This document shows, piece after piece, positions 25,232 through 34,576 of a stretch of 39,897 nucleotides of DNA. Below the pieces are notes generated by a model. It did not search any database. It was not told the DNA's origin and saw only the letters and a list, made by a program, of their open reading frames with translations. The stretch is from a bacterium (lineage in GTDB: Bacteria; AUK180). The position numbers and the translations under genes are program-made. The DNA lies in NCBI GenBank assembly GCA_030622125.1, contig JAUXGM010000001.1, positions 1 to 39,897 on the forward strand, written 5' to 3'. Position 1 is the first letter of the stretch, and every line of letters starts with the position of its first letter.

Positions 25232-25906
25232 TTACGGATTACTGACGGGAACCCTATATGTTGCACACCTTGCAAGCAATGAAAAGATTGCAATCTCGGT
25301 TCGTAATATATACGGAGAAAGATTGATCGGTTGAAAACCGTTTGTGATAAGTAATTTCTCTTCTTTTTCGGTAAATCCTCCCTCGGGACCTATAACAATT
25401 TTTGAAATAAAATTTTTGGGTTTCTGTTTTTTCTCCTTAAAAAATAATGAGCCGAAATAGCCATTTTTATCATCGCACTTGATATCATTAAATCCAATTA
25501 TATCCGATAATTTAGGAAGATATGGGTTACCGCTTTGCTTTATACCTTCTATCAATAATCGTTCATCGGAACTTTGCCATTTTCTCTTTGCAACAGAATA
25601 GGTTGAATTAAAAAGGTAGATATTTTTTATTGGATATGCGGTAATATTCCGCATAATAAAACGATGTGAACTATTTTTTATCATCGGGAGATAAACATCA
25701 ATTGTATGCAAGCGACTTTCTTTAAATCTTTCTATTACCTTTATTTTTTTCTCTCCGTCAAAGATCCCAATTGCAACATTGCCATCACCGGACAATATTT
25801 TAATTTTTTCTTTCTTTACTCTTAAAACTTTTAAGTGTCTTATACTGTTTTTAGAAAGCTCAATTGTGCTACCTTCTATATTCCTTTGGAAAATATTAGG
25901 AATCAT
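25232..25906 (-). CDS. rsmE: 16S rRNA (uracil1498-N3)-methyltransferase RsmE
   Basis: C-terminal SPOUT motif IVIGPEGGFTEKEE...LRTEIA. The ORF extends to 25945, but ATG 25906 (MIPNIFQR...) fits the usual RsmE N-terminus better. Start uncertain. Confidence 0.75.
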   Translation of the reverse strand: MIPNIFQRNIEGSTIELSKNSIRHLKVLRVKKEKIKILSGDGNVAIGIFDGEKKIKVIERFKESRLHTIDVYLPMIKNSSHRFIMRNITAYPIKNIYLFNSTYSVAKRKWQSSDERLLIEGIKQSGNPYLPKLSDIIGFNDIKCDDKNGYFGSLFFKEKKQKPKNFISKIVIGPEGGFTEKEEKLLITNGFQPINLSPYILRTEIAIFSLLARCATYRVPVSNP

Positions 25907-26198
25907 CTTGTAGTTTGAATCCAATATTTGTCCCATCTTTTTCATTAGGTAATTTTATCTTACCAACTGTTTTTTCATAGTCATCTATGCGTTTACTTAT
26001 TACTTTACTCAAAATTTTCGCATTTTTTGGATTCAATATTATCCTTGATTTTACCTGAGCAACAGGAACCCCGGGGGCAATTCTTGCAAAATCTATAATG
26101 AATTCCGAGTCATTAAATATTACATTGGCAATATTTATATATTCTCCGCTTCCGATCTTCTCATCGATCTTAAATTCAATCCTTTTTTGTTTTCCCAC
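25896..26198 (-). CDS. DUF3467 family protein
   Basis: 100 aa. GEYINIANVIFNDSEFIIDFARIAPG...VKSRIILNPKNAKILSKVISKRIDDYEK matches the DUF3467 pattern as I remember it. Confidence 0.65.
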   Translation of the reverse strand: MGKQKRIEFKIDEKIGSGEYINIANVIFNDSEFIIDFARIAPGVPVAQVKSRIILNPKNAKILSKVISKRIDDYEKTVGKIKLPNEKDGTNIGFKLQDDS

Positions 26199-26775
26199 TT
26201 TTTTTCTCCTTTAAATATTTTAAAATTTTATCCGCAAATTTTTTAGCACTTCCCGGACCATCGGCAGTTATGATATTATCATTTATAACTACACCGGTTA
26301 GATATTTTATTTTTTCCTTTTTAAATATCTTCTTCGTTTCAAATGTCGGATAACAAGTTGCCGTTTTTCCATTCAAGATGCCTGCTTTCACGAGAACTAT
26401 CGGACCAAAACAAATAGCTGCTACTAATTTTCCCGCTTTATTAAATTCCAGTATCTTATCGTGCAAAATTTTGTTTTCCCATAGGCATTTCTTTACTCCA
26501 ATACCACCGATTATAACTATTCCATCGTATTTTTTTACATCAATTTCATTGATCACTTTTTTTACAGCTTCCTTTTGAATTCTAAACATATCCCAAAAAT
26601 CACCAGTTCTCGTAGAATAAATATCATAATTGATGTTGTTCCTTTTTAACATTTCTCTTACGGAATTTAATTCTTTTGCTTGAAAACCTCCCGGTGAGAT
26701 TATAACGGCAATATTTTGAGTAAATGTAATTGTAGATAAGATCCAAATTAAAATAAGTATCATAGCTCTTTTCAT
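26176..26775 (-). CDS. DJ-1/PfpI family protein with N-terminal signal/anchor
   Basis: Nucleophile-elbow motif AAICFGPIVL and GIVIIGGIG. Hydrophobic N-terminus MKRAMILILIWILSTITFT. Confidence 0.75.
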   Translation of the reverse strand: MKRAMILILIWILSTITFTQNIAVIISPGGFQAKELNSVREMLKRNNINYDIYSTRTGDFWDMFRIQKEAVKKVINEIDVKKYDGIVIIGGIGVKKCLWENKILHDKILEFNKAGKLVAAICFGPIVLVKAGILNGKTATCYPTFETKKIFKKEKIKYLTGVVINDNIITADGPGSAKKFADKILKYLKEKKSGKTKKD

Positions 26776-26776
26776 A

Positions 26777-28633
26777 CTATTCCTCCCAGTAAAATATTAT
26801 CCCGCTTTCAGGATATATAAAACTATTATCACTGATTGCAATTTTTATACCATTTTTTTCTTTTTTGATCCTTTCTTTTATGTTCCTTCCGGTAAAAAAT
26901 GGAAAATATTTTATTCCCTTGGATTTTACAGAAAATTCTATCTCTGCATTTTTAGTGAAATCAGTAAAAAACACGGGAAATAGTCTCATATCTTTTTTAT
27001 AAAAAGTTGCTATTTCAATTTTAAAATGTCCCTTATTTCTCACTGAATTTTTGTATCTATATCTATAAATATGCTGATCTTTTTCAATCTTCTTGCTGTA
27101 TCTTAATTCATTTTCATCTATGTAAAAAGATTTGATGATAAAATCATCTTTCAAGAGCTCTTCTTTTTCTAAAAATTCCCTATATATAAAACTCCTGTCT
27201 TTAAGAAAATCCTCAAGTGTTTTATTGTTATTGGTAACCCCGATTTTCATCATACCTTCCGTAATCCATTTATCAAATGAAATAACCGTATCTACTCTAT
27301 AGAATTCACGATTAAAATTTTTGAGTTCTATCTTATATTTAAAATTTTCCCTGACAAGATTCCATGAACTACCAAACAACTGTTTGAAAAAATCTTCTTT
27401 TATGTGGTTTCCCAGTTCGCCTGAAAGGTCAATATTATAAAGTTTTTTTACTATTTTAAGAATATCAAGATCTTTCACTATTGAAGGTAGTGGTCTTTTA
27501 TTTGTTTCCTTTATCTTAGAGGGCAAAATATAAATTCGTATTGCCCTTCTTCCGATATTACTTAATACCTCATAAGAAATTGTTTTAAGTTCATTTGCAA
27601 TATCGTCCGCTGTTATTTTTACACCACCATCCTGTCCGATAATTGTTACAATATCACCTTTCTTTATCGGTGTAATAGCATTTGTGATATCCACCATTAT
27701 CATATCCATTGTAACCGTTCCAATTATTGGAAATTTCTGTCCTTTTATAATTACCATTCCATTATTGGAAAGAAACCGGAAAAAACCATCGGCGTAACCA
27801 ACAGGGATAACAGCAATCTTTGCTTTCTTTTTTGTGATAAATGTTCTTCCGTAAGAAATTGACTTTTCTTTATCATATTCTTTGACAAGTACAATTTTGC
27901 TTTTAAAGCTCATGATCGGAGTTGTTAAATCCTGGGTTTGCCCATCCGGAGCATATCCAAAGGAGAGAAGTCCTATTCTAATCATATTAAAGATTGAATC
28001 TTTGTAATTAAGGACTCCACCTGAATTTGTAATATGACGCAACTGAAAATGATAACCTTTTTTATTTAAATCTTCAATTATCATTTTGAATTTCTTGATC
28101 TGTGATCTTGTAAATTTGTTTTGCGTTTCCGATATGGGAAAATGACTGAATAATCCTTCTATCTCTAAATTTTTTAATGACCAAATTTTTTTAATATTTT
28201 TGTAAAGATCTTTTTCCAAAAAACCGCCGCGACCCATACCGGTATCAACTTCAAGATGAACCTTGAGCCTTTTGTTAACAGATCTATTTAATCTGACCGC
28301 AAAATCAAGATCGGATATAGATGGGATTAAATTGTAGCTAACAATATCGTCTATTTCTTCTTTTATAGATGGACCCAGTATGATTATATCCCCTTTTATT
28401 CCGTTTTCCCGCAATAAAATCCCCTCTTTTGCATTTGCAACACCAAAAAATTTTATACCAAGTTGACTTGCCGATCTTGCTATTTCAACGCTTCCATGTC
28501 CATATCCATCGGCTTTTACTACCTGCAAATAATTTATTTTTTTTGAAAACAGTGAAGATATTGCTTTTACATTTTTTTCATATCTGTTTAGATCAATTTC
28601 AACCCAACTTCTATATGAGTCTTCTTTTACCAT
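26777..28633 (-). CDS. alr: Alanine racemase fused to a ~249-aa C-terminal domain of unknown function
   Basis: PLP-lysine motif VVKADGYGHG. The canonical fold ends near ...ISYEVLSNIGRRAIRIYI (about aa 369). Another 249 residues follow without a stop (about 26780-27526). Confidence 0.85.
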   Translation of the reverse strand: MVKEDSYRSWVEIDLNRYEKNVKAISSLFSKKINYLQVVKADGYGHGSVEIARSASQLGIKFFGVANAKEGILLRENGIKGDIIILGPSIKEEIDDIVSYNLIPSISDLDFAVRLNRSVNKRLKVHLEVDTGMGRGGFLEKDLYKNIKKIWSLKNLEIEGLFSHFPISETQNKFTRSQIKKFKMIIEDLNKKGYHFQLRHITNSGGVLNYKDSIFNMIRIGLLSFGYAPDGQTQDLTTPIMSFKSKIVLVKEYDKEKSISYGRTFITKKKAKIAVIPVGYADGFFRFLSNNGMVIIKGQKFPIIGTVTMDMIMVDITNAITPIKKGDIVTIIGQDGGVKITADDIANELKTISYEVLSNIGRRAIRIYILPSKIKETNKRPLPSIVKDLDILKIVKKLYNIDLSGELGNHIKEDFFKQLFGSSWNLVRENFKYKIELKNFNREFYRVDTVISFDKWITEGMMKIGVTNNNKTLEDFLKDRSFIYREFLEKEELLKDDFIIKSFYIDENELRYSKKIEKDQHIYRYRYKNSVRNKGHFKIEIATFYKKDMRLFPVFFTDFTKNAEIEFSVKSKGIKYFPFFTGRNIKERIKKEKNGIKIAISDNSFIYPESGIIFYWEE

Positions 28634-29001
28634 TTATTATGGCCCTTTGCTTTGCCTTTACCTCTTTTTTGTTTATTTTCTTTTTGATGAGCTTTTCTTG
28701 CCTTCATTCTTCTTCTTGCATTAATTAGTCCCGGTGGTATCTTTCTAACAATTACAAAAGGTCCCTTCCAATATTGAGAAACATACCAATAACTATTCTC
28801 AAATATATACCATCTTCCATCAAAAAAGAAAACACGGACAGGGTAATTTTTTACATAATAAATTCCACCCATTCCAGGAACTAAAACGATAGCAGGTTTT
28901 ACCTTTAACACAAGACGCGGCTTGGGCGGTGCTTCTTTTATATAGATACTACAAGAAGCAAACAACGCCATGAGCACAAGAAAAAATAAATACTTTTTCA
29001 T
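28627..29001 (-). CDS. Small putative lipoprotein with strongly basic C-terminal tail
   Basis: Signal peptide ending LFASC. Aromatic-rich core (FFFDGRWYIFENSYWYVSQYWKGPF). Tail RRRMKARKAHQKENKQKRGKGKAKGHNKW. 7-nt overlap with alr. Confidence 0.6.
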   Translation of the reverse strand: MKKYLFFLVLMALFASCSIYIKEAPPKPRLVLKVKPAIVLVPGMGGIYYVKNYPVRVFFFDGRWYIFENSYWYVSQYWKGPFVIVRKIPPGLINARRRMKARKAHQKENKQKRGKGKAKGHNKW

Positions 29002-29013
29002 AACACCTCCATA

Positions 29014-31155
29014 TTATTTATCTACATCATCGTAATTGTAATAATAGGTCTGACCATAGTAATAATAATAGTAGCCATAACCGCCTCTCAATGGAATACC
29101 ATTTAAAACAACTCCTATCAGCTTTCCGCCGCTTTTTTTAAGCGAATCAATAGCAAGTGTAACTCTATGTCTACCAATTTGATTTGATCTAATAACGAAC
29201 AAAACTCCATCTACTTTATTGGATAAAACCACTGCATCGGTAAGAGCATTTACAGGTGGAGTATCAAAAAGAATATATTCATATCCAATATCCGAAAGTT
29301 CTTTGATCAATTTAAAAACCTTTGGTGAATCAAGAAATTCCGATGATGAACGGGTATGAGGTCCACAAGACAAAATTGAATGATATGGATTTACACCCGG
29401 AGAAATAATTTCTTTAACATTTTTTACTGTACCTTCAAAATAATTGGTTACACCAAGATTATTTGACACATTAAATATTCTATGTAGGGCGGGCTTTCTC
29501 ATATCTGCATCAACTACTATTGTTTTTTTCTTATTAAGAGATAGTATTATTGAAAGATTTGCAACAGTAATTGATTTCCCCTCTTTTGTTTCCGAACTGG
29601 TGATTATCAATGATTTAACACCTTTTTTATCCTTTAATCCCTTTGAATAGGACAACAATGTTCTTAGTTCTTTGTACGATTCATGAACGGTAGATTTTTG
29701 AGAAATATTTGTAATGAGATTTTCCTTAAATGTTCTTGTAATATATTTTGCCCGTTTTCCGGTTATGATCGCCCATTTGCTTAATTTATCCTCATTTTGA
29801 TATATCTCGGGTATCTTTCCTATTAGATTTACATCAAACATTTTTTCAATATTATCCGATGGTTTAACGGTAGTATCAAGGTATTCAATTAAAAAGGCGA
29901 AACCGAGGGAAACAATTAATGAGATCATAAACATAAACAAAAAGTACTGCGTCTTACTTGTTGTTACCGCTCTTGATGGTGTGATTGCTCTATCAACGAT
30001 CCTTATTGTGCTACCCTGAGTAATATTTTGTAATTCAAGTTGTTTTTCCTGTTCAAGTAATACCGAATATAATTTTTCATTTATTGAAAGTTTTCTTGCA
30101 AGGGTAAGATACTCCATCTCCGTTTCAGGAATTGCCTTGAATTTCTTATCAAGATTCTTTAATAAAAAATCGGATTTCGTAATTTGATAATTGAGTTCTA
30201 TCAATCTTTTTTCAAGTGTTGTTTTCTGAGAATAAAGTGTGAAAATGGAAACACTATCTCCCATCGCCGATATCTTATTCAACAATTTGGCTTTCATCTC
30301 AATCAAGCGTGCTTCTATTCCTTTTAAATATGCGGAGTCATTTTTATAGTAGACGGATGCTTGTTCATATTCCTCCTGAAGTTTTAGATATGTTGCAAAT
30401 TCCGGCGAGTTTTCAATATCTTTTATTACCCTTGTATCCTTACTGTTTTTTAGGTTATTCAGCTGTTGATTTATTTTTTTAATAGATTTATTTATAGAGT
30501 TCTTCTCCATTTCACTATTAAGTTTTTCTAACTTTATCTGTGAATAAGTTGAAACAAGACTGTTCATCTCGGTATTCATATCTACTATACCATTTTTTTC
30601 CTTAAATATTTTTATCTCATTTTGAATACTTTTCAAGTCTTTTCCCACCATATTTAGCTGATCATGAACATACATTCCCGCCTTTACGGCATCCTCGTTC
30701 ATAAATCCGGTTTGCAATTCTATATATTTATCTATCAAGGTGTTCAGAAAAGCAGCAATTCGGTCCTTATCGGGTAAGGTTGCACTGATCGTTATTAAGT
30801 TCGTGCCTTCCTCCACTGTAACATATATCCTTGATTTAAGATAACCTATCGAATATGGAAGATTTAACGCATTTTTTGTTTCCTGAATCACACTATTACT
30901 TTTAATAGTAAGTGAGTATGTCTTAACAAGATAGGTAATCGTTCCTTTTATAAAAAATCTTGAAATATCGGAGGATACACCCGGCATTTGATAATTCACA
31001 AGTATCTTTGTATGGGCTGCATACATCTCTTGTTTTTTGCTGACAACAAAGATACCCGATAACATTAAAAGCAAAAATAAAATTAATACAAGCCATTTAT
31101 ATTTAAAAATTATACTCAAATAACGGTATACATTCATACTGCCTTCATTTTCCAT
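29014..31155 (-). CDS. Polysaccharide co-polymerase / BY-type tyrosine kinase (Wzc/GumC-like)
   Basis: N-terminal TM, long coiled coil, second TM. P-loop SSETKEGKS, VVDADMRKP and ILFDTPP. C-terminal Tyr cluster GGYGYYYYYYGQTYYYNY. AAGGAG RBS 6 nt upstream of the ATG. Confidence 0.85.
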   Translation of the reverse strand: MENEGSMNVYRYLSIIFKYKWLVLILFLLLMLSGIFVVSKKQEMYAAHTKILVNYQMPGVSSDISRFFIKGTITYLVKTYSLTIKSNSVIQETKNALNLPYSIGYLKSRIYVTVEEGTNLITISATLPDKDRIAAFLNTLIDKYIELQTGFMNEDAVKAGMYVHDQLNMVGKDLKSIQNEIKIFKEKNGIVDMNTEMNSLVSTYSQIKLEKLNSEMEKNSINKSIKKINQQLNNLKNSKDTRVIKDIENSPEFATYLKLQEEYEQASVYYKNDSAYLKGIEARLIEMKAKLLNKISAMGDSVSIFTLYSQKTTLEKRLIELNYQITKSDFLLKNLDKKFKAIPETEMEYLTLARKLSINEKLYSVLLEQEKQLELQNITQGSTIRIVDRAITPSRAVTTSKTQYFLFMFMISLIVSLGFAFLIEYLDTTVKPSDNIEKMFDVNLIGKIPEIYQNEDKLSKWAIITGKRAKYITRTFKENLITNISQKSTVHESYKELRTLLSYSKGLKDKKGVKSLIITSSETKEGKSITVANLSIILSLNKKKTIVVDADMRKPALHRIFNVSNNLGVTNYFEGTVKNVKEIISPGVNPYHSILSCGPHTRSSSEFLDSPKVFKLIKELSDIGYEYILFDTPPVNALTDAVVLSNKVDGVLFVIRSNQIGRHRVTLAIDSLKKSGGKLIGVVLNGIPLRGGYGYYYYYYGQTYYYNYDDVDK

Positions 31156-32104
31156 TTTTCACTCCTTTTTCACCTAAAATCAAAAATAATCCGCCTGGTA
31201 AACAAATAACGATAAACAAAATTATATAAAGCAAAGAAAGTGCAAGTGACTGGTTTTTATCCACTCCGTATCTTCCAAGTAGAATAACAAATGCACCTTC
31301 TCTGACACCAAATCCCCCCACAGATATCGGCAGCATTGAAATTACAAAGATGATCGGCAGTAGAATAAAGTAGTAGAGAAGTGGGATATCTATACCAAGA
31401 CCAATACCGGTTAAATAACAGGCAATAATGATAGCTATCTGTGCTGTGACCGAATATATAGATGCTTTAATATATATTGATCTTTCATTTTTGGTTTTAA
31501 GAAAGAATTTATATGCTTCCTTTACTTGTTCAATAATCACAATTTTTTTTTCAAAAGGCTTAATAAATATTCGATAGATAAACCTAATAAAATTATGGGA
31601 AAAGAAAAGCAGGCTCACTACGATAAGAAATAACGCAAAAGCAAGAATCCATATTCGTTCATTCCCCTTTAAAAACCTTAATCCGCCGAGGGTGAGAGCA
31701 ATAAGAAGATAAACTATCATTGTAAGAAGACCGATAAGTCTATCTATAAATGTTAATATCAGCCCGGTTGAAGCGGATCCAACTTTTTTTCCAAGTTTGT
31801 AACCTTTTATCGCATCACCGCCGACAGAAGTCGGAAGAAATTGATTAAAGAAAAGCCCTATTAAATAATACTTTAGTGTTATCCAAAAACTGGGTCGCTT
31901 AGGAAACACAGAAAAAAGAATCTCTATTCTTTTTGTTAGAAAAAAGGTATTTAAAAGTATCATCAAAAATGCAAGCAGATAAAATTTTTTATCCAATTTA
32001 CTAAAAGCACCAAGAAACTCATTTACATTTACCTTTGAAAATATAAAGTAAAGTAATAGGATCGTTATCGTGATCCTTAAAACAGTAAATATCTTTTTTT
32101 TCAT
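31145..32104 (-). CDS. UPF0104 / LPG-synthase-TM (flippase-like) membrane protein
   Basis: 319 aa, about 8 TM. Motifs PTSVGGDAIKGYKL and ISVGGFGVREG are typical of the family. Confidence 0.7.
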   Translation of the reverse strand: MKKKIFTVLRITITILLLYFIFSKVNVNEFLGAFSKLDKKFYLLAFLMILLNTFFLTKRIEILFSVFPKRPSFWITLKYYLIGLFFNQFLPTSVGGDAIKGYKLGKKVGSASTGLILTFIDRLIGLLTMIVYLLIALTLGGLRFLKGNERIWILAFALFLIVVSLLFFSHNFIRFIYRIFIKPFEKKIVIIEQVKEAYKFFLKTKNERSIYIKASIYSVTAQIAIIIACYLTGIGLGIDIPLLYYFILLPIIFVISMLPISVGGFGVREGAFVILLGRYGVDKNQSLALSLLYIILFIVICLPGGLFLILGEKGVKNGK

Positions 32105-32737
32105 CTAATTAATATCAATATTAAAATAATGTAAAAGCACAATTATCGAGGAAGTAAGTGAAAGGACCTTCATAATATTATCAATATCAAAATAAAATAC
32201 TTTTTTAGAGATATAAATTACATCGCCTGTTCGTATTTTGTATCTATTTATCAATATTTTATCATTCTTCTTTATTAACTTTTTGGCATTTACTTTTATA
32301 ATAGTTCCATCTTTTCTAAGTATCTTAATATTACTCAATTTGGCTTTTTTGAGTTCAATGCCGCTTGCCGCAATAACATCAAGTATTGTACTTCCATCAG
32401 GAACCGATATCGTTTTTCCTCCACCCTCAACCGTTCCTAAAACCGAAACCGTTATCGGCGATTTTGCAACAAGAACAATAATGATCTCAGGATTAGTCAA
32501 GAAAGCATTATATCTGTTTTTTAGTGCCTCCTGAACAGAACTTATATCTTTATCTGCAACCGCTTCATCACCTATATAGGGAAGTGTAATGGTACCATCC
32601 GGTTGAACGATATAAATAATCTCATTTAATTCATCCAGCCCCTTGATTATTACCTGTAACTTATCGCCGGATTTAATATTATAGGAAAAAATCGCCGTAC
32701 AAACTAATATTATAAAAAGAAGAAGAAAATTTTTCAC
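32105..32737 (-). CDS. Polysaccharide export protein (Wza-like Poly_export + SLBB)
   Basis: Signal peptide. GDKLQVIIKG...VQPDGTITLPYIGDEAVADK motif. SLBB-like second half. Confidence 0.8.
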   Translation of the reverse strand: MKNFLLLFIILVCTAIFSYNIKSGDKLQVIIKGLDELNEIIYIVQPDGTITLPYIGDEAVADKDISSVQEALKNRYNAFLTNPEIIIVLVAKSPITVSVLGTVEGGGKTISVPDGSTILDVIAASGIELKKAKLSNIKILRKDGTIIKVNAKKLIKKNDKILINRYKIRTGDVIYISKKVFYFDIDNIMKVLSLTSSIIVLLHYFNIDIN

Positions 32738-32760
32738 ATTGTGTCCTAAAAAACAGTTTG

Positions 32761-33456
32761 TTATCTAGGAATTTTAAAAACTTGTCTTGGATAAATAAGG
32801 TCGGGATCTCTTATTTTATCTTTGTTCGCTTTATAGATCACAGGCCATCTAAATGGATCACCATATATCTTTTCCTTCTTAGCAATATTCCACAGACAAT
32901 CTCCACGAACAACCTTATAACTTGCCGGTTTGGAATTTTTTATTTCTAATCCCTTATTAAAAGTATCATTTGCAAGTGTCAATGTCTCCAATGCTTTGTC
33001 ATATTCACCGGCATCAAACTCTGCTTTTGCTTGTTCAATTAGATCCTGTGTTTTCTGATAATACTCAGGCACTGCTTTGATCTCATCTATTTTTGTATTT
33101 AGTTCTTCAAGCTGTTGGGTATAGTCATTTTTTACACCGATAATTCTTTCTGCTTCATTCTTTGCCGAAGTTGCCTCTTCTTTTGACTTATTCGCAAGCT
33201 CAATTGCCTGATTTGCATACTTCTCAACCTCTTCCGATTTTTTGTTCTCATAAGATGCCTGGGCACTTGTAAAGGCTTCTTCCGCTGTTTTGAGCGAGTC
33301 AGAAGCATATTCGTTGGCACCTGCTGCCTTCGCCTGTTCGATCGCTGCTTTTGCATCGTTCATTAACGGATCATATTTTTTCATATTCGGTCCGCAACCA
33401 ACTGTTAAAAGCAATACTGCAATTACAAAAAACATAATACTAACGGTCTTTTTCAT
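32761..33456 (-). CDS. LysM-domain putative lipoprotein with Ala-rich helical N-terminal region
   Basis: Start moved from 33501 to ATG 33456 (RBS GGAGG, promoter upstream). Signal peptide ...LLLTVGC. C-terminal LysM YKVVRGDCLWNIAKK...IYPRQVFKIP. Confidence 0.8.
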   Translation of the reverse strand: MKKTVSIMFFVIAVLLLTVGCGPNMKKYDPLMNDAKAAIEQAKAAGANEYASDSLKTAEEAFTSAQASYENKKSEEVEKYANQAIELANKSKEEATSAKNEAERIIGVKNDYTQQLEELNTKIDEIKAVPEYYQKTQDLIEQAKAEFDAGEYDKALETLTLANDTFNKGLEIKNSKPASYKVVRGDCLWNIAKKEKIYGDPFRWPVIYKANKDKIRDPDLIYPRQVFKIPR

Positions 33457-33479
33457 AACACCTCCGTTTTTAATATTAT

Positions 33480-33508
33480 AGTATAACACTTTTTTTTCCA
33501 AAAGTCAA
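33480..33508 (-). promoter_or_regulatory. Sigma70-type promoter of the LysM lipoprotein gene
   Basis: Read on the - strand: TTGACT (33508-33503), 17-nt spacer, TGT-TATACT (to 33480), GGAGG, ATG at 33456. Confidence 0.6.
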
Positions 33509-33535
33509 TTTTTTTTTTAGAAAAGTTGAAAAAAA

Positions 33536-34576
33536 ATGAAAAATCGTTATAATATCGTTATGTTACTTTTAATTGTATTTAGTGTTATCTTATTAGAATT
33601 GGTTGCCGTAAAATTTTATATTCCAATTGCAAAAAAATTTAATATAATGGATCGTCCAAATCAAAGGAAAATACATACAAAATCAAAACCAAGAGGAGCT
33701 GGAATTACATTTTTTATAATCTTCTTGATCGGTTTTCTATTATTAAATCATTTTCTTAAAGTAGATTTTCCATTCAAGATAACACTTTGGCTTATTCTCG
33801 GTGGAGTTATCTATCTAATGGGATTTTTTGATGATATTTTTAATCTAAATCCATACCTAAAATTTTTGGTTCAAATTGCCGTTGCTGTGGTATTTGTTCT
33901 CTTTGTTGGAAAAGCGACATTCTTCATTAAAATTAAGGGAATTCAATATATTATATCTATCTTGTGGATCGTTGGAATAATGAATTCATTTAACCTGCTT
34001 GATAATATGGATGGACTTTCAGGCGGAATCGGACTTATTACCTCAATTGTTTTTGCGCTCATCAATTATCATATGAATAACATGCCGCTTTTCTATCTTT
34101 TTATCCTGCTTGCTGCTGTAATGATCGGGTTTCTGCCAATGAACTATTATCCATCACAGGTATTTATGGGGGATTCAGGCAGCTTATTCATCGGGTATGT
34201 AATGGCAACACTTTCAATTATAGGTGTTTATACTGAATTTTCCCGATTACGGCATCTTCCTGCAATAATCCCGATACTCATTTTATCCGTACCTCTTTAT
34301 GATTCATTTTCCGTAATGTATATAAGATTGAAAAATAAAAAATCACTTTTTGTCGGTGACAAAAACCATTTCTCACATAGATTATATAAACATGGTCTAT
34401 CACATAAGCATTCTGTTATATATATATATCTTGTTACATTCGCAACGAGCATATCATCGTTCTTACTATTGATGGTAAATTGGAAAGGAGCTATAATTAT
34501 ATTATTGCAGGATATAACATTATTTGTGCTATTATCAATACTAATCTCACAAAAAACAAAAGATAAAAGAAAATGA
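33536..34576 (+). CDS. Glycosyltransferase family 4 polyprenyl-phosphate sugar-1-phosphate transferase (WecA/MraY family)
   Basis: About 10 TM. Motifs MDRPNQRKIH, NLLDNMDGLSGG and MGDSGSLFIGY. Confidence 0.8.
   Translation: MKNRYNIVMLLLIVFSVILLELVAVKFYIPIAKKFNIMDRPNQRKIHTKSKPRGAGITFFIIFLIGFLLLNHFLKVDFPFKITLWLILGGVIYLMGFFDDIFNLNPYLKFLVQIAVAVVFVLFVGKATFFIKIKGIQYIISILWIVGIMNSFNLLDNMDGLSGGIGLITSIVFALINYHMNNMPLFYLFILLAAVMIGFLPMNYYPSQVFMGDSGSLFIGYVMATLSIIGVYTEFSRLRHLPAIIPILILSVPLYDSFSVMYIRLKNKKSLFVGDKNHFSHRLYKHGLSHKHSVIYIYLVTFATSISSFLLLMVNWKGAIIILLQDITLFVLLSILISQKTKDKRK

Noticed and set aside
29020-29090. TAT/TAC codon microsatellite at the BY-kinase C-terminus as an unusual repeat
   Set aside because: A C-terminal tyrosine cluster is the defining, expected feature of BY-kinases. 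The nucleotide repeat simply encodes it.
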